NCBI GenBank assembly: GCA_965240325.2
Contig: OZ251227.1
Span: 2,976,001 to 3,040,000, forward strand
Length of the DNA: 64,000 bases
Direction of reading: 5' to 3'
DNA from: Rebecca billardiae RCC1528
Lineage: Eukaryota > Protista > Haptophyta
Shown: piece after piece, positions 49,101-61,072 of the stretch
How the letters are laid out: each line of letters begins with the position of its first letter
Position numbering within the stretch: the stretch's first letter is position 1
The notes under the pieces: generated by a model
The model's input: the letters and a program-made list of their open reading frames with translations, nothing else
Told to the model about the DNA's origin: nothing
Database searches by the model: none
Translations under genes and position numbers: made by a program

Positions 49101-52100
49101 GGGAACTCCGGAGGGAAGTGCGCCCGAAACGAGCCTCGGAGGGATCTCATGCCGCTCGCCCGTCGGGCTGCTGCGCCGCAACACGAGCGCGGAGCGCGAG
49201 CCCGCGCCGCACACGGATGCCCCCACGCCCAGCGCGAGTGCGCACGCCGCCCAAACGCGACTCCGACCACCTCGCGCCGCGATGAGAGCCGAGCGCGCCG
49301 CCCGGAGGGAACTCCGGAGGGAACTCCGGAGGGAAGTGCGCCCGAAACGAGCCTCGGAGGGATCTCATGCCGCTCGCCCGTCGGGCTGCTGCGCCGCAAC
49401 ACGAGCGCTCAGCGCGAGCCCGCGCCGCGCACGGATGCCCCCAGGCCCAGCGCGAGTGCGCACGCCGCCCAAACGCGACTCCGACCACCTCGCGCCGCGA
49501 TGAGAGCCGAGCGCGCCGCCCGGAGGGAACTCCGGAGGGAACTCCGGAGGGAAGTGCGCCCGAAACGAGCCTCGGAGGGATCTCATGCCGCTCGCCCGTC
49601 GGGCTGCTGCGCCGCAACACGAGCACTCAGCGCGAGCCCGCGCCGCGCACGGATGCCCCCAGGCCCAGCGCGAGTGCGCACGCCGCCCAAACGCGACTCC
49701 GACCACCTCGCGCCGCGATGAGAGCCGAGCGCGCCGCCCGGAGGGAACTCCGGAGGGAACTCCGGAGGGAAGTGCGCCCGAAACGAGCCTCGGAGGGATC
49801 TCATGCCGCTCGCCCGTCGGGCTGCTGCGCCGCAACACGAGCAGCGCAGCGCGAGCCCGCGCCGCGCACGGATGCCCCCAGGCCCAGCGCGAGTGCGCAC
49901 GCCGCCCAAACGCGACTCCGACCACCTCGCGCCGCGATGAGAGCCGAGCGCGCCGCCCGGAGGGAACTCCGGAGGGAACTCCGGAGGGAAGTGCGCCCGA
50001 AACGAGCCTCGGAGGGATCTCATGCCGCTCGCCCGTCGGGCTGCTGCGCCGCAACACGAGCGCGGAGCGCGAGCCCGCGCCGCACACGGATGCCCCCAGG
50101 CCCAGCGCGAGTGCGCACGCCGCCCAAACGCGACTCCGACCACCTCGCGCCGCGATGAGAGCCGAGCGCGCCGCCCGGAGGGAACTCCGGAGGGAACTCC
50201 GGAGGGAAGTGCGCCCGAAACGAGCCTCGGAGGGATCTCATGCCGCTCGCCCGTCGGGCTGCTGCGCCGCAACACGAGCGCGGAGCGCGAGCCCGCGCCG
50301 CACACGGATGCCCCCAGGCCCAGCGCGAGTGCGCACGCCGCCCAAACGCGACTCCGACCACCTCGCGCCGCGATGAGAGCCGAGCGCGCCGCCCGGAGGG
50401 AACTCCGGAGGGAACTCCGGAGGGAAGTGCGCCCGAAACGAGCCTCGGAGGGATCTCATGCCGCTCGCCCGTCGGGCTGCTGCGCCGCAAACGAGCGCGG
50501 AGCGCGAGCCCGCGCCGCACACGGATGCCCCCAGGCCCAGCGCGAGTGCGCACGCCGCCCAAACGCGACTCCGACCACCTCGCGCCGCGATGAGAGCCGA
50601 GCGCGCCGCCCGGAGGGAACTCCCGGAGGGAACTCCGGAGGGAAGTGCGCCCGAAACGAGCCTCGGAGGGATCTCATGCCGCTCGCCCGTCGGGCTGCTG
50701 CGCCGCAACACGAGCGCGGAGCGCGAGCCCGCGCCGCGCACGGATGCCCCCGGGCCCAGCGCGAGTGCGCACGCCGCCCAAACGCGAATCCGACCACCTC
50801 GCGCCGCGATGAGAGCCGAGCGCGCCGCCCGGAGGGAACTCCGGAGGGAACTCCGGAGGGAAGTGCGCCCGAAACGAGCCTCGGAGGGATCTCATGCCGC
50901 TCGCCCGTCGGGCTGCTGCGCCGCAACACGAGCGCGGAGCGCGAGCCCGCGCCGCACACGGATGCCCCCAGGCCCAGCACGAGTGCGCACGCCGCCCAAA
51001 CGCGACTTCGACCACCTCGCGCCGCGATGAGAGCCGAGCGCGCCGCCCGGAGGGAACTCCGGAGGGAACTCCGGAGGGAACGGGAAGTGCGCCCGAAACG
51101 AGCCTCGGAGGGATCTCATGCCGCTCGCCCGTCGGGCTGCTGCGCCGCAACACGAGCGCGGAGCGCGAGCCCGCGCCGCACACGGTTGCCCCCAGGCCCA
51201 GCGCGAGTGCGCACGCCGCCCAAACGCGAATCCGACCACCTCGCGGCCGCGATGAGAGCCGAGCGCGCCGCCCGGAGGGAACTCCGGAGGGAACTCCGGA
51301 GGGAAGTGCGCCCGAAACGAGCCTCGGAGGGATCTCATGCCGCTCGCCCGTCGGGCTGCTGCGCCGCAACACGAGCGCGGAGCGCGAGCCCGCGCTGCAC
51401 GCGGATGCCCCAGGCCCAGCGCGAGTGCGCACGCCCCCCAAACGCGAATCCGACCACCTCGCGCCGCGATGAGAGCCGAGCGCGCCGCCCGGAGGGAACT
51501 CCGGAGGGAACTCCGGAGGGAAAGTGCGCCCGAAACGAGCCCCGGAGGGATCTCATGCCGCTCGCCCGTCGGGCTGCTGCGCCGCAACACGAGCGCGGAG
51601 CGCGAGCCCGCGCCGCACACGGATGCCCCCAGGCCCAGCGCGAGTGCGCACGCCGCCCAAACGCGACTCCGACCACCTCGCGCCGCGATGAGAGCCGAGC
51701 GCGCCGCCCGGAGGGAACTCCGGAGGGAACTCCGGAGGGAAGTGCGCCCGAAACGAGCCTCGCCTCGGAGGGATCTCATGCCACTCGCCCGTCGGGCTGC
51801 TGCGCCGCAACACGAGCGCGGAGCGCGAGCCCGCGCCGCACACGGATGCCCCCAGGCCCAGCGCGAGTGCGCACGCCGCCCAAACGCGACTCCGACCACC
51901 TCGCGCCGCGATGAGAGCCGAGCGCGCCGCCCGGAGGGAACTCCGGAGGGAACTCCGGAGGGAAGTGCGCCCGAAACGAGCCTCGGAGGGATCTCATGCC
52001 GCTCGCCCGTCGGGCTGCTGCGCCGCAACACGAGCGCGGAGCGCGAGCCCGCGCCGCGCACGGATGCCCCCGGGCCCAGCGCGAGTGCGCACGCCCCCCA

Positions 52101-55100
52101 AACGCGACTCCGACCACCTCGCGCCGCGATGAGAGCCGAGCGCGCCGCCCGGAGGGAACTCCGGAGGGAACTCCGGAGGGAAGTGCGCCCGAAACGAGCC
52201 TCGGAGGGATCTCATGCCGCTCGCCCGTCGGGCTGCTGCGCCGCAACACGAGCGCGGAGCGCGAGCCCGCGCCGCACACGGATGCCCCCAGGCCCAGCGC
52301 GAGTGCGCACGCCGCCCAAACGCGACTCCGACCACCTCGCGCCGCGATGAGAGCCGAGCGCGCCGCCCGGAGGGAACTCCGGAGGGAACTCCGGAGGGAA
52401 GTGCGCCCGAAACGAGCCTCGGAGGGATCTCATGCCGCTCGCCCGTCGGGCTGCTGCGCCGCAACACGAGCGCGGAGCGCGAGCCCGCGCCGCACACGGA
52501 TGCCCCCAGGCCCAGCGCGAGTGCGCACGCCGCCCAAACGCGACTCCGACCACCTCGCGCCGCGATGAGAGCCGAGCGCGCCGCCCGGAGGGAACTCCGG
52601 AGGGAACTCCGGAGGGAAGTGCGCCCGAAACGAGCCTCGGAGGGATCTCATGCCGCTCGCCCGTCGGGCTGCTGCGCCGCAACACGAGCGCGGAGCGCGA
52701 GCCCGCGCCGCACACGGATGCCCCCAGGCCCAGCGCGAGTGCGCACGCCGCCCAAACGCGACTCCGACCACCTCGCGCCGCGATGAGAGCCGAGCGCGCC
52801 GCCCGGAGGGAACTCCGGAGGGAACTCCGGAGGGAAGTGCGCCCGAAACGAGCCTCGGAGGGATCTCATGCCGCTCGCCCGTCGGGCTGCTGCGCCGCAA
52901 CACGAGCGCGGAGCGCGAGCCCGCGCCGCACACGGATGCCCCCAGGCCCAGCGCGAGTGCGCACGCCGCCCAAACGCGACTCCGACCACCTCGCGCCGCG
53001 ATGAGAGCCGAGCGCGCCGCCCGGAGGGAACTCCGGAGGGAACTCCGGAGGGAAGTGCGCCCGAAACGAGCCTCGGAGGGATCTCATGCCGCTCGCCCGT
53101 CGGGCTGCTGCGCCGCAACACGAGCGCGGAGCGCGAGCCCGCGCCGCACACGGATGCCCCCACGCCCAGCGCGAGTGCGCACGCCGCCCAAACGCGACTC
53201 CGACCACCTCGCGCCGCGATGAGAGCCGAGCGCGCCGCCCGGAGGGAACTCCGGAGGGAACTCCGGAGGGAAGTGCGCCCGAAACGAGCCTCGGAGGGAT
53301 CTCATGCCGCTCGCCCGTCGGGCTGCTGCGCCGCAACACGAGCGCGGAGCGCGAGCCCGCGCCGCACACGGATGCCCCCAGGCCCAGCGCGAGTGCGCAC
53401 GCCGCCCAAACGCGACTCCGACCACCTCGCGCCGCGATGAGAGCCGAGCGCGCCGCCCGGAGGGAACTCCGGAGGGAACTCCGGAGGGAAGTGCGCCCGA
53501 AACGAGCCTCGGAGGGATCTCATGCCGCTCGCCCGTCGGGCTGCTGCGCCGCAACACGAGCGCGGAGCGCGAGCCCGCGCCGCACACGGATGCCCCCAGG
53601 CCCAGCGCGAGTGCGCACGCCCCCCAAACGCGACTCCGACCACCTCGCGCCGCGATGAGAGCCGAGCGCGCCGCCCGGAGGGAACTCCGGAGGGAACTCC
53701 GGAGGGAACTCCGGAGGGAAGTGCGCCCGAAACGAGCCTCGGAGGGATCTCATGCCGCTCGCCCGTCGGGCTGCTGCGCCGCAACACGAGCGCGGAGCGC
53801 GAGCCCGCGCCGCACGCGGATGCCCCCAGGCCCAGCGCGAGTGCGCACGCCGCCCAAACGCGACTCCGACCACCTCGCGCCGCGATGAGAGCCGAGCGCG
53901 CCGCCCGGAGGGAACTCCGGAGGGAACTCCGGAGGGAACTCCGGAGGGAAGTGCGCCCGAAACGAGCCTCGGAGGGATCTCATGCCGCTCGCCCGTCGGG
54001 CTGCTGCGCCGCAACACGAGCGCGGAGCGCGAGCCCGCGCCACGCACGGATGCCCCCAGGCCCAGCGCGAGTGCGCACGCCGCCCAAACGCGACTCCGAC
54101 CACCTCGCGCCGCGATGAGAGCCGAGCGCGCCGCCCGGAGGGAACTCCGGAGGGAACTCCGGAGGGAAGTGCGCCCGAAACGAGCCTCGGAGGGATCTCA
54201 TGCCGCTCGCCCGTCGGGCTGCTGCGCCGCAACACGAGCGCGGAGCGCGAGCCCGCGCCGCGCACGGATGCCCCCAGGCCCAGCGCGAGTGCGCACGCCG
54301 CCCAAACGCGACTCCGACCACCTCGCGCCGCGATGAGAGCCGAGCGCGCCGCCCGGAGGGAACTCCGGAGGGAACTCCGGAGGGAAGTGCGCCCGAAACG
54401 AGCCTCGGAGGGATCTCATGCCGCTCGCCCGTCGGGCTGCTGCGCCGCAACACGAGCGCGGAGCGCGAGCCCGCGCCGCACACGGATGCCCCCAGGCCCA
54501 GCGCGAGTGCGCACGCCGCCCAAACGCGAATCCGACCACCTCGCGCCGCGATGAGAGCCGAGCGCGCCGCCCGGAGGGAACTCCGGAGGGAACTCCGGAG
54601 GGAACTCCGGAGGGAAGTGCGCCCGAAACGAGCCTCGGAGGGATCTCATGCCGCTCGCCCGTCGGGCTGCTGCGCCGCAACACGAGCGCGGAGCGCGAGC
54701 CCGCGCCGCGCACGGATGCCCCCAGGCCCAGCGCGAGTGCGCACGCCGCCCAAACGCGACTCCGACCACCTCGCGCCGCGATGAGAGCCGAGCGCGCCGC
54801 CCGGAGGGAACTCCGGAGGGAACTCCAGAGGGAAGTGCGCCCGAAACGAGCCTCGGAGGGATCTCATGCCGCTCGCCCGTCGGGCTGCTGCGCCGCAACA
54901 CGAGCGCGGAGCGCGAGCCCGCGCCACGCACGGATGCCCCCAGGCCCAGCGCGAGTGCGCACGCCGCCCAAACGCGAATCCGACCACCTCGCGCCGCGAT
55001 GAGAGCCGAGCGCGCCGCCCGGAGGGAACTCCGGAGGGAACTCCGGAGGGAAGTGCGCCCGAAACGAGCCTCGGAGGGATCTCATGCCGCTCGCCCGTCG

Positions 55101-56360
55101 GGCTGCTGCGCCGCAACACGAGCGCGGAGCGCGAGCCCGCGCCGCACACGGTTGCCCCCAGGCCCAGCGCGAGTGCGCACGCCGCCCAAACGCGAATCCG
55201 ACCACCTCGCGCCGCGATGAGAGCCGAGCGCGCCGCCCGGAGGGAACTCCGGAGGGAACTCCGGAGGGAAGTGCGCCCGAAACGAGCCTCGGAGGGATCT
55301 CATGCCGCTCGCCCGTCGGGCTGCTGCGCCGCAACACGAGCGCGGAGCGCGAGCCCGCGCCGCGCACGGATGCCCCCAGGCCCAGCGCGAGTGCGCACGC
55401 CGCCCAAACGCGACTCCGACCACCTCGCGCCGCGATGAGAGCCGAGCGCGCCGCCCGGAGGGAACTCCGGAGGGAACTCCAGAGGGAAGTGCGCCCGAAA
55501 CGAGCCTCGGAGGGATCTCATGCCGCTCGCCCGTCGGGCTGCTGCGCCGCAACACGAGCGCGGAGCGCGAGCCCGCGCCGCACACGGATGCCCCCAGGCC
55601 CAGCGCGAGTGCGCACGCCGCCCAAACGCGACTCCGACCACCTCGCGCCGCGATGAGAGCCGAGCGCGCCGCCCGGAGGGAACTCCGGAGGGAACTCCGG
55701 AGGGAAGTGCGCCCGAAACGAGCCTCGGAGGGATCTCATGCCGCTCGCCCGTCGGGCTGCTGCGCCGCAACACGAGCGCGGAGCGCGAGCCCGCGCCGCA
55801 CACGGATGCCCCCAGGCCCAGCGCGAGTGCGCACGCCGCCCAAACGCGACTCCGACCACCTCGCGCCGCGATGAGAGCCGAGCGCGCCGCCCGGAGGGAA
55901 CTCCGGAGGGAACTCCGGAGGGAAGTGCGCCCGAAACGAGCCTCGGAGGGATCTCATGCCGCTCGCCCGTCGGGCTGCTGCGCCGCAACACGAGCGCGGA
56001 GCGCGAGCCCGCGCCGCACACGGATGCCCCCAGGCCCAGCGCGAGTGCGCACGCCGCCCAAACGCGACTCCGACCACCTCGCGCCGCGATGAGAGCCGAG
56101 CGCGCCGCCCGGAGGGAACTCCGGAGGGAACTCCGGAGGGAAGTGCGCCCGAAACGAGCCTCGGAGGGATCTCATGCCGCTCGCCCGTCGGGCTGCTGCG
56201 CCGCAACACGAGCGCGGAGCGCGAGCCCGCGCCGCACACGGATGCCCCCACGCCCAGCGCGAGTGCGCACGCCGCCCAAACGCGACTCCGACCACCTCGC
56301 GCCGCGATGAGAGCCGAGCGCGCCGCCCGGAGGGAACTCCGGAGGGAACTCCGGAGGGAA
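31136..56360 (+). repeat. Tandem satellite array, 218-bp monomer (230-bp variant), ~114 copies, ~25 kb
   Basis: Near-identical monomers recur every 218 or 230 bp. The length variant comes from one extra 12-bp GGAGGGAACTCC subunit. One 120-bp partial duplication at ~31757-31876. Confidence 0.98.
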
Positions 56361-56449
56361 TGGCCGCTGCGCTCCCGGCACACTCCCCGGCACACACTCT
56401 GTGACCGGCACGAAAGGCTGCTGCTCGTTTTTCGGCTCGTTCAGCCGCA

Positions 56450-57662
56450 TTATTGGCGCGGAGTACGAGCCCGCGCCGCCGACGCATGCAGACGGACTCC
56501 TCGCGAGTGCAGGCCGCAGGCATGTTTGTCTTGCAGCTGGCGCGCCGCGCTCGGCGCGCGGTGCGAGGCGGCGCGCATGCCGCCAGGCAGCTTGAGGCGC
56601 TGCGCGGCAGGCAGCACACCGAGCGTCGCCTCGCCGCTGAACACGGGGCACGCGTCGCCGCGCCACGCCCCGTCGTATTCTTCTTTCACCGCCGGTCCGT
56701 CAGCCCCTGATCAATGTGGTGCGCTCGCCTTGCCGCCACTGCCTTGTGCGCGGCGCGCAGCAAGCGGAGCTCGCCCAGCCGGTCTGCGCGCGAGAGGAGG
56801 ATGCCGATGTTGAGCGACTTGGTGCACGTGCCCGCGGGCTCGAGCTGCGGGACGACCGGCGCAGCACGCATGCGCGGAAGCAGCGTTGGCGGCTAGTCCG
56901 TTTTGGATCTCATGTCTGACGACCTGAGCATGTCCAGGCTGCCGTGCTCGGCGTGCGCGGCGCGCACGTACGGCGCGTGGGCGAGCGCAGTCAGACAATA
57001 TGCGCGTCGCTCAGAAGGAGGTGCGACCGTGCGAGCCCGCCTGAGCGGCGGTCTCGAGCAGCTCGAAGGCGTGGCACCAGCGTTCGGCGCGCAAACTCTC
57101 GACCGTTAACGTCGGACCCGTCGCGTACACGCCCACGCCAAACGCGCGGGCGCGCCGCTCGAGCCTCGACGGCTCCGCGCTGACGGGCAACTCGGCCGCG
57201 CCCTCATCGACAGCGCTAAGCGCCTCCCGCTTCCGATCGCGCTTGGGGAAGCCCGGCGGCGGGGTCCACCCCATCAGCCCGACGAGCTCTGCATGCTTGC
57301 CCACGATGGGCATGGCGTGGCTCACACAGTTGAGCAGCATGAACTCAAGCTCGCGCGTCGCGACCGTGCCGCTGACGATTCCTTCGCGCGAGTGCGTGCG
57401 CCCATTCTCTGCGCTCACCGGCGGCATCGGGCCCGTGCCGAGCGAGCAGGGAGGCGTGCGCGAGAACTCGAGCTCAAATAGCTCGCGGCGCTGCCGCACG
57501 ATTGCCTCCTCCACGCCTGGCCGTGGCATCGCGACACTATGCGGCCGACCCGCCGGGAGGGCCGCTGGCGTCGACCTCGGACGAGGGCGCCAGGCTTGCA
57601 CACGCTCTCGGCCATCGAGCCCGCCTGGGCCCACGCGAGCACGGCCACGCCAACGATGAGCA
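56450..57662 (-). pseudogene. Possible degenerate or fragmented coding sequence flanking the satellite
   Basis: Signal-peptide-like MLIVGVAVLAWAQAG followed by coding-like blocks in several frames, with stops and no clean splice model. Confidence 0.25.
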
Positions 57663-58133
57663 TGCCTGTCACGGCAAGCGCTCCGCCCGACGCTCGGCGT
57701 CGAGGCCGCACGCCTATGAGCCTGTCCCCCACTACGCTGTACCGAGCTCGCGGCCGCCGGTCGCCGCCATGCGATACGTACGTACACGTAATTCCGCCAT
57801 TGCCCATTGCCGGACTGGTTTTCCGTTGGCTCCGCCGATTGGCCGGACCCACTGCCAGCATGATAATTGATACGGTACCATTATTAAAAAACTCTGCCCG
57901 GGCGGGGGGTCGGCGGGCCGTGCCAGTGCTGTCGCAATATTTCCCCAGCGGGTTCGCGCAGCCTTTTATTTAGCGGTTTGACGGGCAGGATGACGAATAA
58001 CAATGCGACACACAGATGATGGTGAGCTAGGTACCCACGTGACTCACTGACGAATAATAACGCGACAGATGACTCTGGTGATCTCACCGACAGTGTGATT
58101 GCGCGTGTATTCGTGCACCCACTGCGCTACTCG

Positions 58134-58691
58134 TCATCGTGCCGAGCCGTCGACTGCGCGCACGCACTGCCAACTGATTGGCGTGCGACGGCGGCTTGCT
58201 TGTGACGCCTGACGGTGACGGTTCAATGTCACGGCCGCCACGCTGTGCAACAACGCGTCCAGGTCCAAGCGCTCGTCGGCGCTCGCCGCTTCGCGCGACA
58301 GGTCCGGCACCCGCACGTTCGGCGGTATCAGGAGCTGTCGGCGGTGCGCGCGCGCGCAGTGCGAGAGCGTGTGCCACTCGCGATCGAGGGTGGGCACGCG
58401 CTGCTCGAGCAGGCACAGGAAGCGCAGCGCATGTGCCACTGGCTTCACGACGTCGGCCTCGTCCCGCAGCGCTCGTGTCATGGACAAGGATGGCGCGGCG
58501 ATCTTGCACGCGCGACGTTTCATCTCGTCGCGGATGCGCACCTGGGATCGCTTATAGCGCGTTGTCGCCTCAGTCGCCGACTCGCGAAGACGCGATTCCG
58601 GCCACGGCGGCAGAACCGGCAGGTGCGTGCGGTGCGCCTCGTACGCCGCTTCGCGCTGCGCCTCCGTCGCATTGGCCACCGTCGACGCCAT
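58134..58691 (-). CDS. Hypothetical protein
   Basis: Open frame with protein-like composition (MASTVANATEAQREAAYEAH...RLDLDALLHSVAAV). No recognised motif. Confidence 0.4.
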   Translation of the reverse strand: MASTVANATEAQREAAYEAHRTHLPVLPPWPESRLRESATEATTRYKRSQVRIRDEMKRRACKIAAPSLSMTRALRDEADVVKPVAHALRFLCLLEQRVPTLDREWHTLSHCARAHRRQLLIPPNVRVPDLSREAASADERLDLDALLHSVAAVTLNRHRQASQASRRRTPISWQCVRAVDGSAR

Positions 58692-59505
58692 GCAGGCCGG
58701 ACGTGGGCCCCCGAGCGCCGAGCGATCTTTGGCCGCGAGCTCGCGAGCGCGAAAGATGAGCGCTCGCTCTGGAACGCCACCGACCGTACTGTAGCAAACG
58801 GATTTGCATGCGCCCGACCTTGCCAACCGGGGCACGCGACGACAGTCCGGTGTGTAGATTCCGGTTCTGGTGTTCAGAAAGGCCGCGCCAAAGCTTGCGT
58901 CGCGTGCGATGGCGCTTCCCGCCCGCGAGACACCTCGTGATGAGGGCCTTTCCGCACCGAGCCCGACGCGCGACGGTGGATCGCGCGAGGTGGTTGTCGT
59001 GCGCAGCGCTTAATACTATGGCTCGTGCGAGCGCTCAACGTGCAAGTCGGGCGAGGACCGCCCCAGGTCGCACGATCGTGTCGACGCGCCGAGCGTGCCT
59101 CCAAACGCGTCGACTTTGGCCCTCGTTCGACCTGCACGCGAGACGACGAGGGCAGCAATCGCGAATCGGGCGAAAACCCCCCTCGGGAGTCTTCTCACGA
59201 TGTCCGCGCCGGCGTTGGATTTGGCGCGCGCGGCCCATGCGCTCCGCGCCAGGCGCCAGATGGTTTTCGGCCGAGCGTCCCCAGTGGGAGCTGCGAGGGC
59301 GCCCGGTAGTGAGCGAAGCGATTTTCTTTTCTTTGCGAGGCGATTTTCTTTTTTCCTTTTTTTTCTTTTCTTTTTCCCGGGCACTACAAGGGGCGGACCT
59401 ACGGCCCGCCATAAAGTAAGTATGTATGGTGTACGCCGCACGCGCGGGCGGCGGCGCGGCCCTCAGAAGTCCGAGATCGAAAGCCGCGCGCAGGCCGCAA
59501 GCAGC

Positions 59506-60495
59506 ATGGGGGCGTTCGCACTCGCCGCCATCATGTGTGTCGCGTTCCCGCGGCTGCCGGTGCAACGCGGCGTTCCACCGCCAACGCTCCCGAGTGTGCG
59601 CGGGCTGGTCCGTCTGGATGGTGCCCCCGAGACCAGCCACCCCTCCCTGCCGGAGATTGAGCCCGAGGACCAGACGAACATGGCGATCAACTTCTTTTCG
59701 AGCGAGCGCACCCCAGCATCGCTCATCTCTGGCGCGGCGCTGAGCGTGCTGTTCGTCTTCCCGCTGATCCCGGGCGAGAATATCCGCCTCGGCGTGGCCA
59801 AGCGCGTATACATCACCTTCGTCTGCTCCGCGTTCTGCAACTCTCTGCTCTCGGTCTTCACCGCATCGCTCGCGATCGTGCGGCTGCTCGCTCGCGAGCA
59901 CAACGGGGTCGCCCGCGACCCGCAGCGGATGATGTACAGAGAGGTCCCGCTGTACTTCCTCGCCGTACAAGCGCACTTCCTGACCGGGCTGCTCTGCTTT
60001 GCCGCCGCGCTCTCCATCCGCATGTGGGCCGAGTACTTTGCCGGCTGCGCCATCTTCTCCCGCGCGATGGTGAGCATGCTGGCGGGCACGGTGATGCTGA
60101 TGGTGAGCCTCTTCAACCGCTCGCTCGCGCACCACAAGTCATTCGTGCACCTGTGGGGCGACTACATTGGCACCTTCGCCCGCGACCTCGCCAGGCGCAC
60201 CCGCGAAAGAGGCCCGTCCCTCTGCGCGTTCCTTGGCATCGCGCTGCTCGCGCTCGCCTTCTTCGACCTCGGGACGATCGCGAAGAAAGTGACGATCAAG
60301 CTGCTCACGGGACAGGGCAACTGCACGCCCAACCTGACTGCCACACCGTTTGGCGCCTGGGCGTGCATGGCGCGTGTAGGGTCACTCGTCGCGCGAGACT
60401 CAGCGAGAGCCCGTCGGGTCGGACGATGCGCGAGTGCATCTGACTTCAGCACCACCACGACGATTCCCCCACGGGGACGGCGGTCATTTTCGTGA
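59506..60495 (+). CDS. Multi-pass membrane protein with bipartite (plastid-type) targeting peptide
   Basis: MGAFALAAIMCVAF-PRLP signal followed by a transit-like region. Several TM segments (PASLISGAALSVLF, FCNSLLSVFTASLAIVRLL, HFLTGLLCFAAAL...). Confidence 0.7.
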   Translation: MGAFALAAIMCVAFPRLPVQRGVPPPTLPSVRGLVRLDGAPETSHPSLPEIEPEDQTNMAINFFSSERTPASLISGAALSVLFVFPLIPGENIRLGVAKRVYITFVCSAFCNSLLSVFTASLAIVRLLAREHNGVARDPQRMMYREVPLYFLAVQAHFLTGLLCFAAALSIRMWAEYFAGCAIFSRAMVSMLAGTVMLMVSLFNRSLAHHKSFVHLWGDYIGTFARDLARRTRERGPSLCAFLGIALLALAFFDLGTIAKKVTIKLLTGQGNCTPNLTATPFGAWACMARVGSLVARDSARARRVGRCASASDFSTTTTIPPRGRRSFS

Positions 60496-60925
60496 GAATC
60501 TCAAACGACTGTCCGTACCCGCATTTAAAAGGCACCAGCCTGAACCCTAAACAACCCGATTGTTAAAGAGGCGGCTCCTTTGGTAGGATACAACTCCAGC
60601 GGCTTGAACAAGCCGCCTTTCAATCTGCCTGCCCAGTTCTCGATCGGCCGCGCCCCGGGGGCCCCCGGCCCGGGCGGCGGAAGGAGGCTCGGGGAGGGAG
60701 GGGAGGATCAGGGCGGGAGCTGCCTCAACGTCAGGCGGCGGTTGGAGAGAAGGCGGCGGGGCGAGCGGCGCGGCGCAGGGCAGGCGCACACACCGCCCAC
60801 ACCGCCCGCATGGCGGGCGCGCGCGGGGCCGGTGGCACGGCTGCAGCGCGCGCGCACCGCAGGCCTTGATGTGCCCGAGCACACACACACTCGACGTCGC
60901 GCACGGTGCTGCAGCCGACCGACAC

Positions 60926-61072
60926 CCAGCTCTGCGGATGTCTGACCCACGGCATCACGTACTGCACGAACACGTCGCGGCCCGTTAGCAACGCCTCGCG
61001 GAAGCCATCGTACCGTGTGCCCTGCGACTTGTAGAACTGGACGTTGTGCGGCAGGCCGATCGTCGCCATCAC
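60926..61072 (-). CDS. Isolated coding-like exon of an unresolved gene
   Basis: CAG acceptor followed by VMATIGLPHNVQFYKSQGTRYDGFREALLTGRDVFVQYVMPW with GC3-rich codons. The rest of the gene could not be resolved. Confidence 0.3.

Noticed and set aside
31136-56360. Hundreds of 157-630-aa ORFs (MPLARR..., MCGAGS...) in the array
   Set aside because: The monomer length is not a multiple of 3 and each strand has only one stop per monomer, so ORFs cycle through the frames. These are artefacts.
31136-56360. CRISPR-like or guide-RNA array
   Set aside because: No unique spacers (whole monomers are near-identical) and no cas-like or nuclease gene nearby.
31136-56360. 5S rRNA, tRNA or snRNA tandem gene array
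   Set aside because: No recognisable 5S, tRNA or Sm-site sequence, and no oligo-T Pol III terminator on either strand.
57990-58082. Degenerate tandem duplication (TGACGAATAA...GCGACA..GATGA..GGTGA)
   Set aside because: Two short diverged copies with no interpretable function.
60545-60551. CCCTAAA telomere-like motif
   Set aside because: Single copy with no tandem array.
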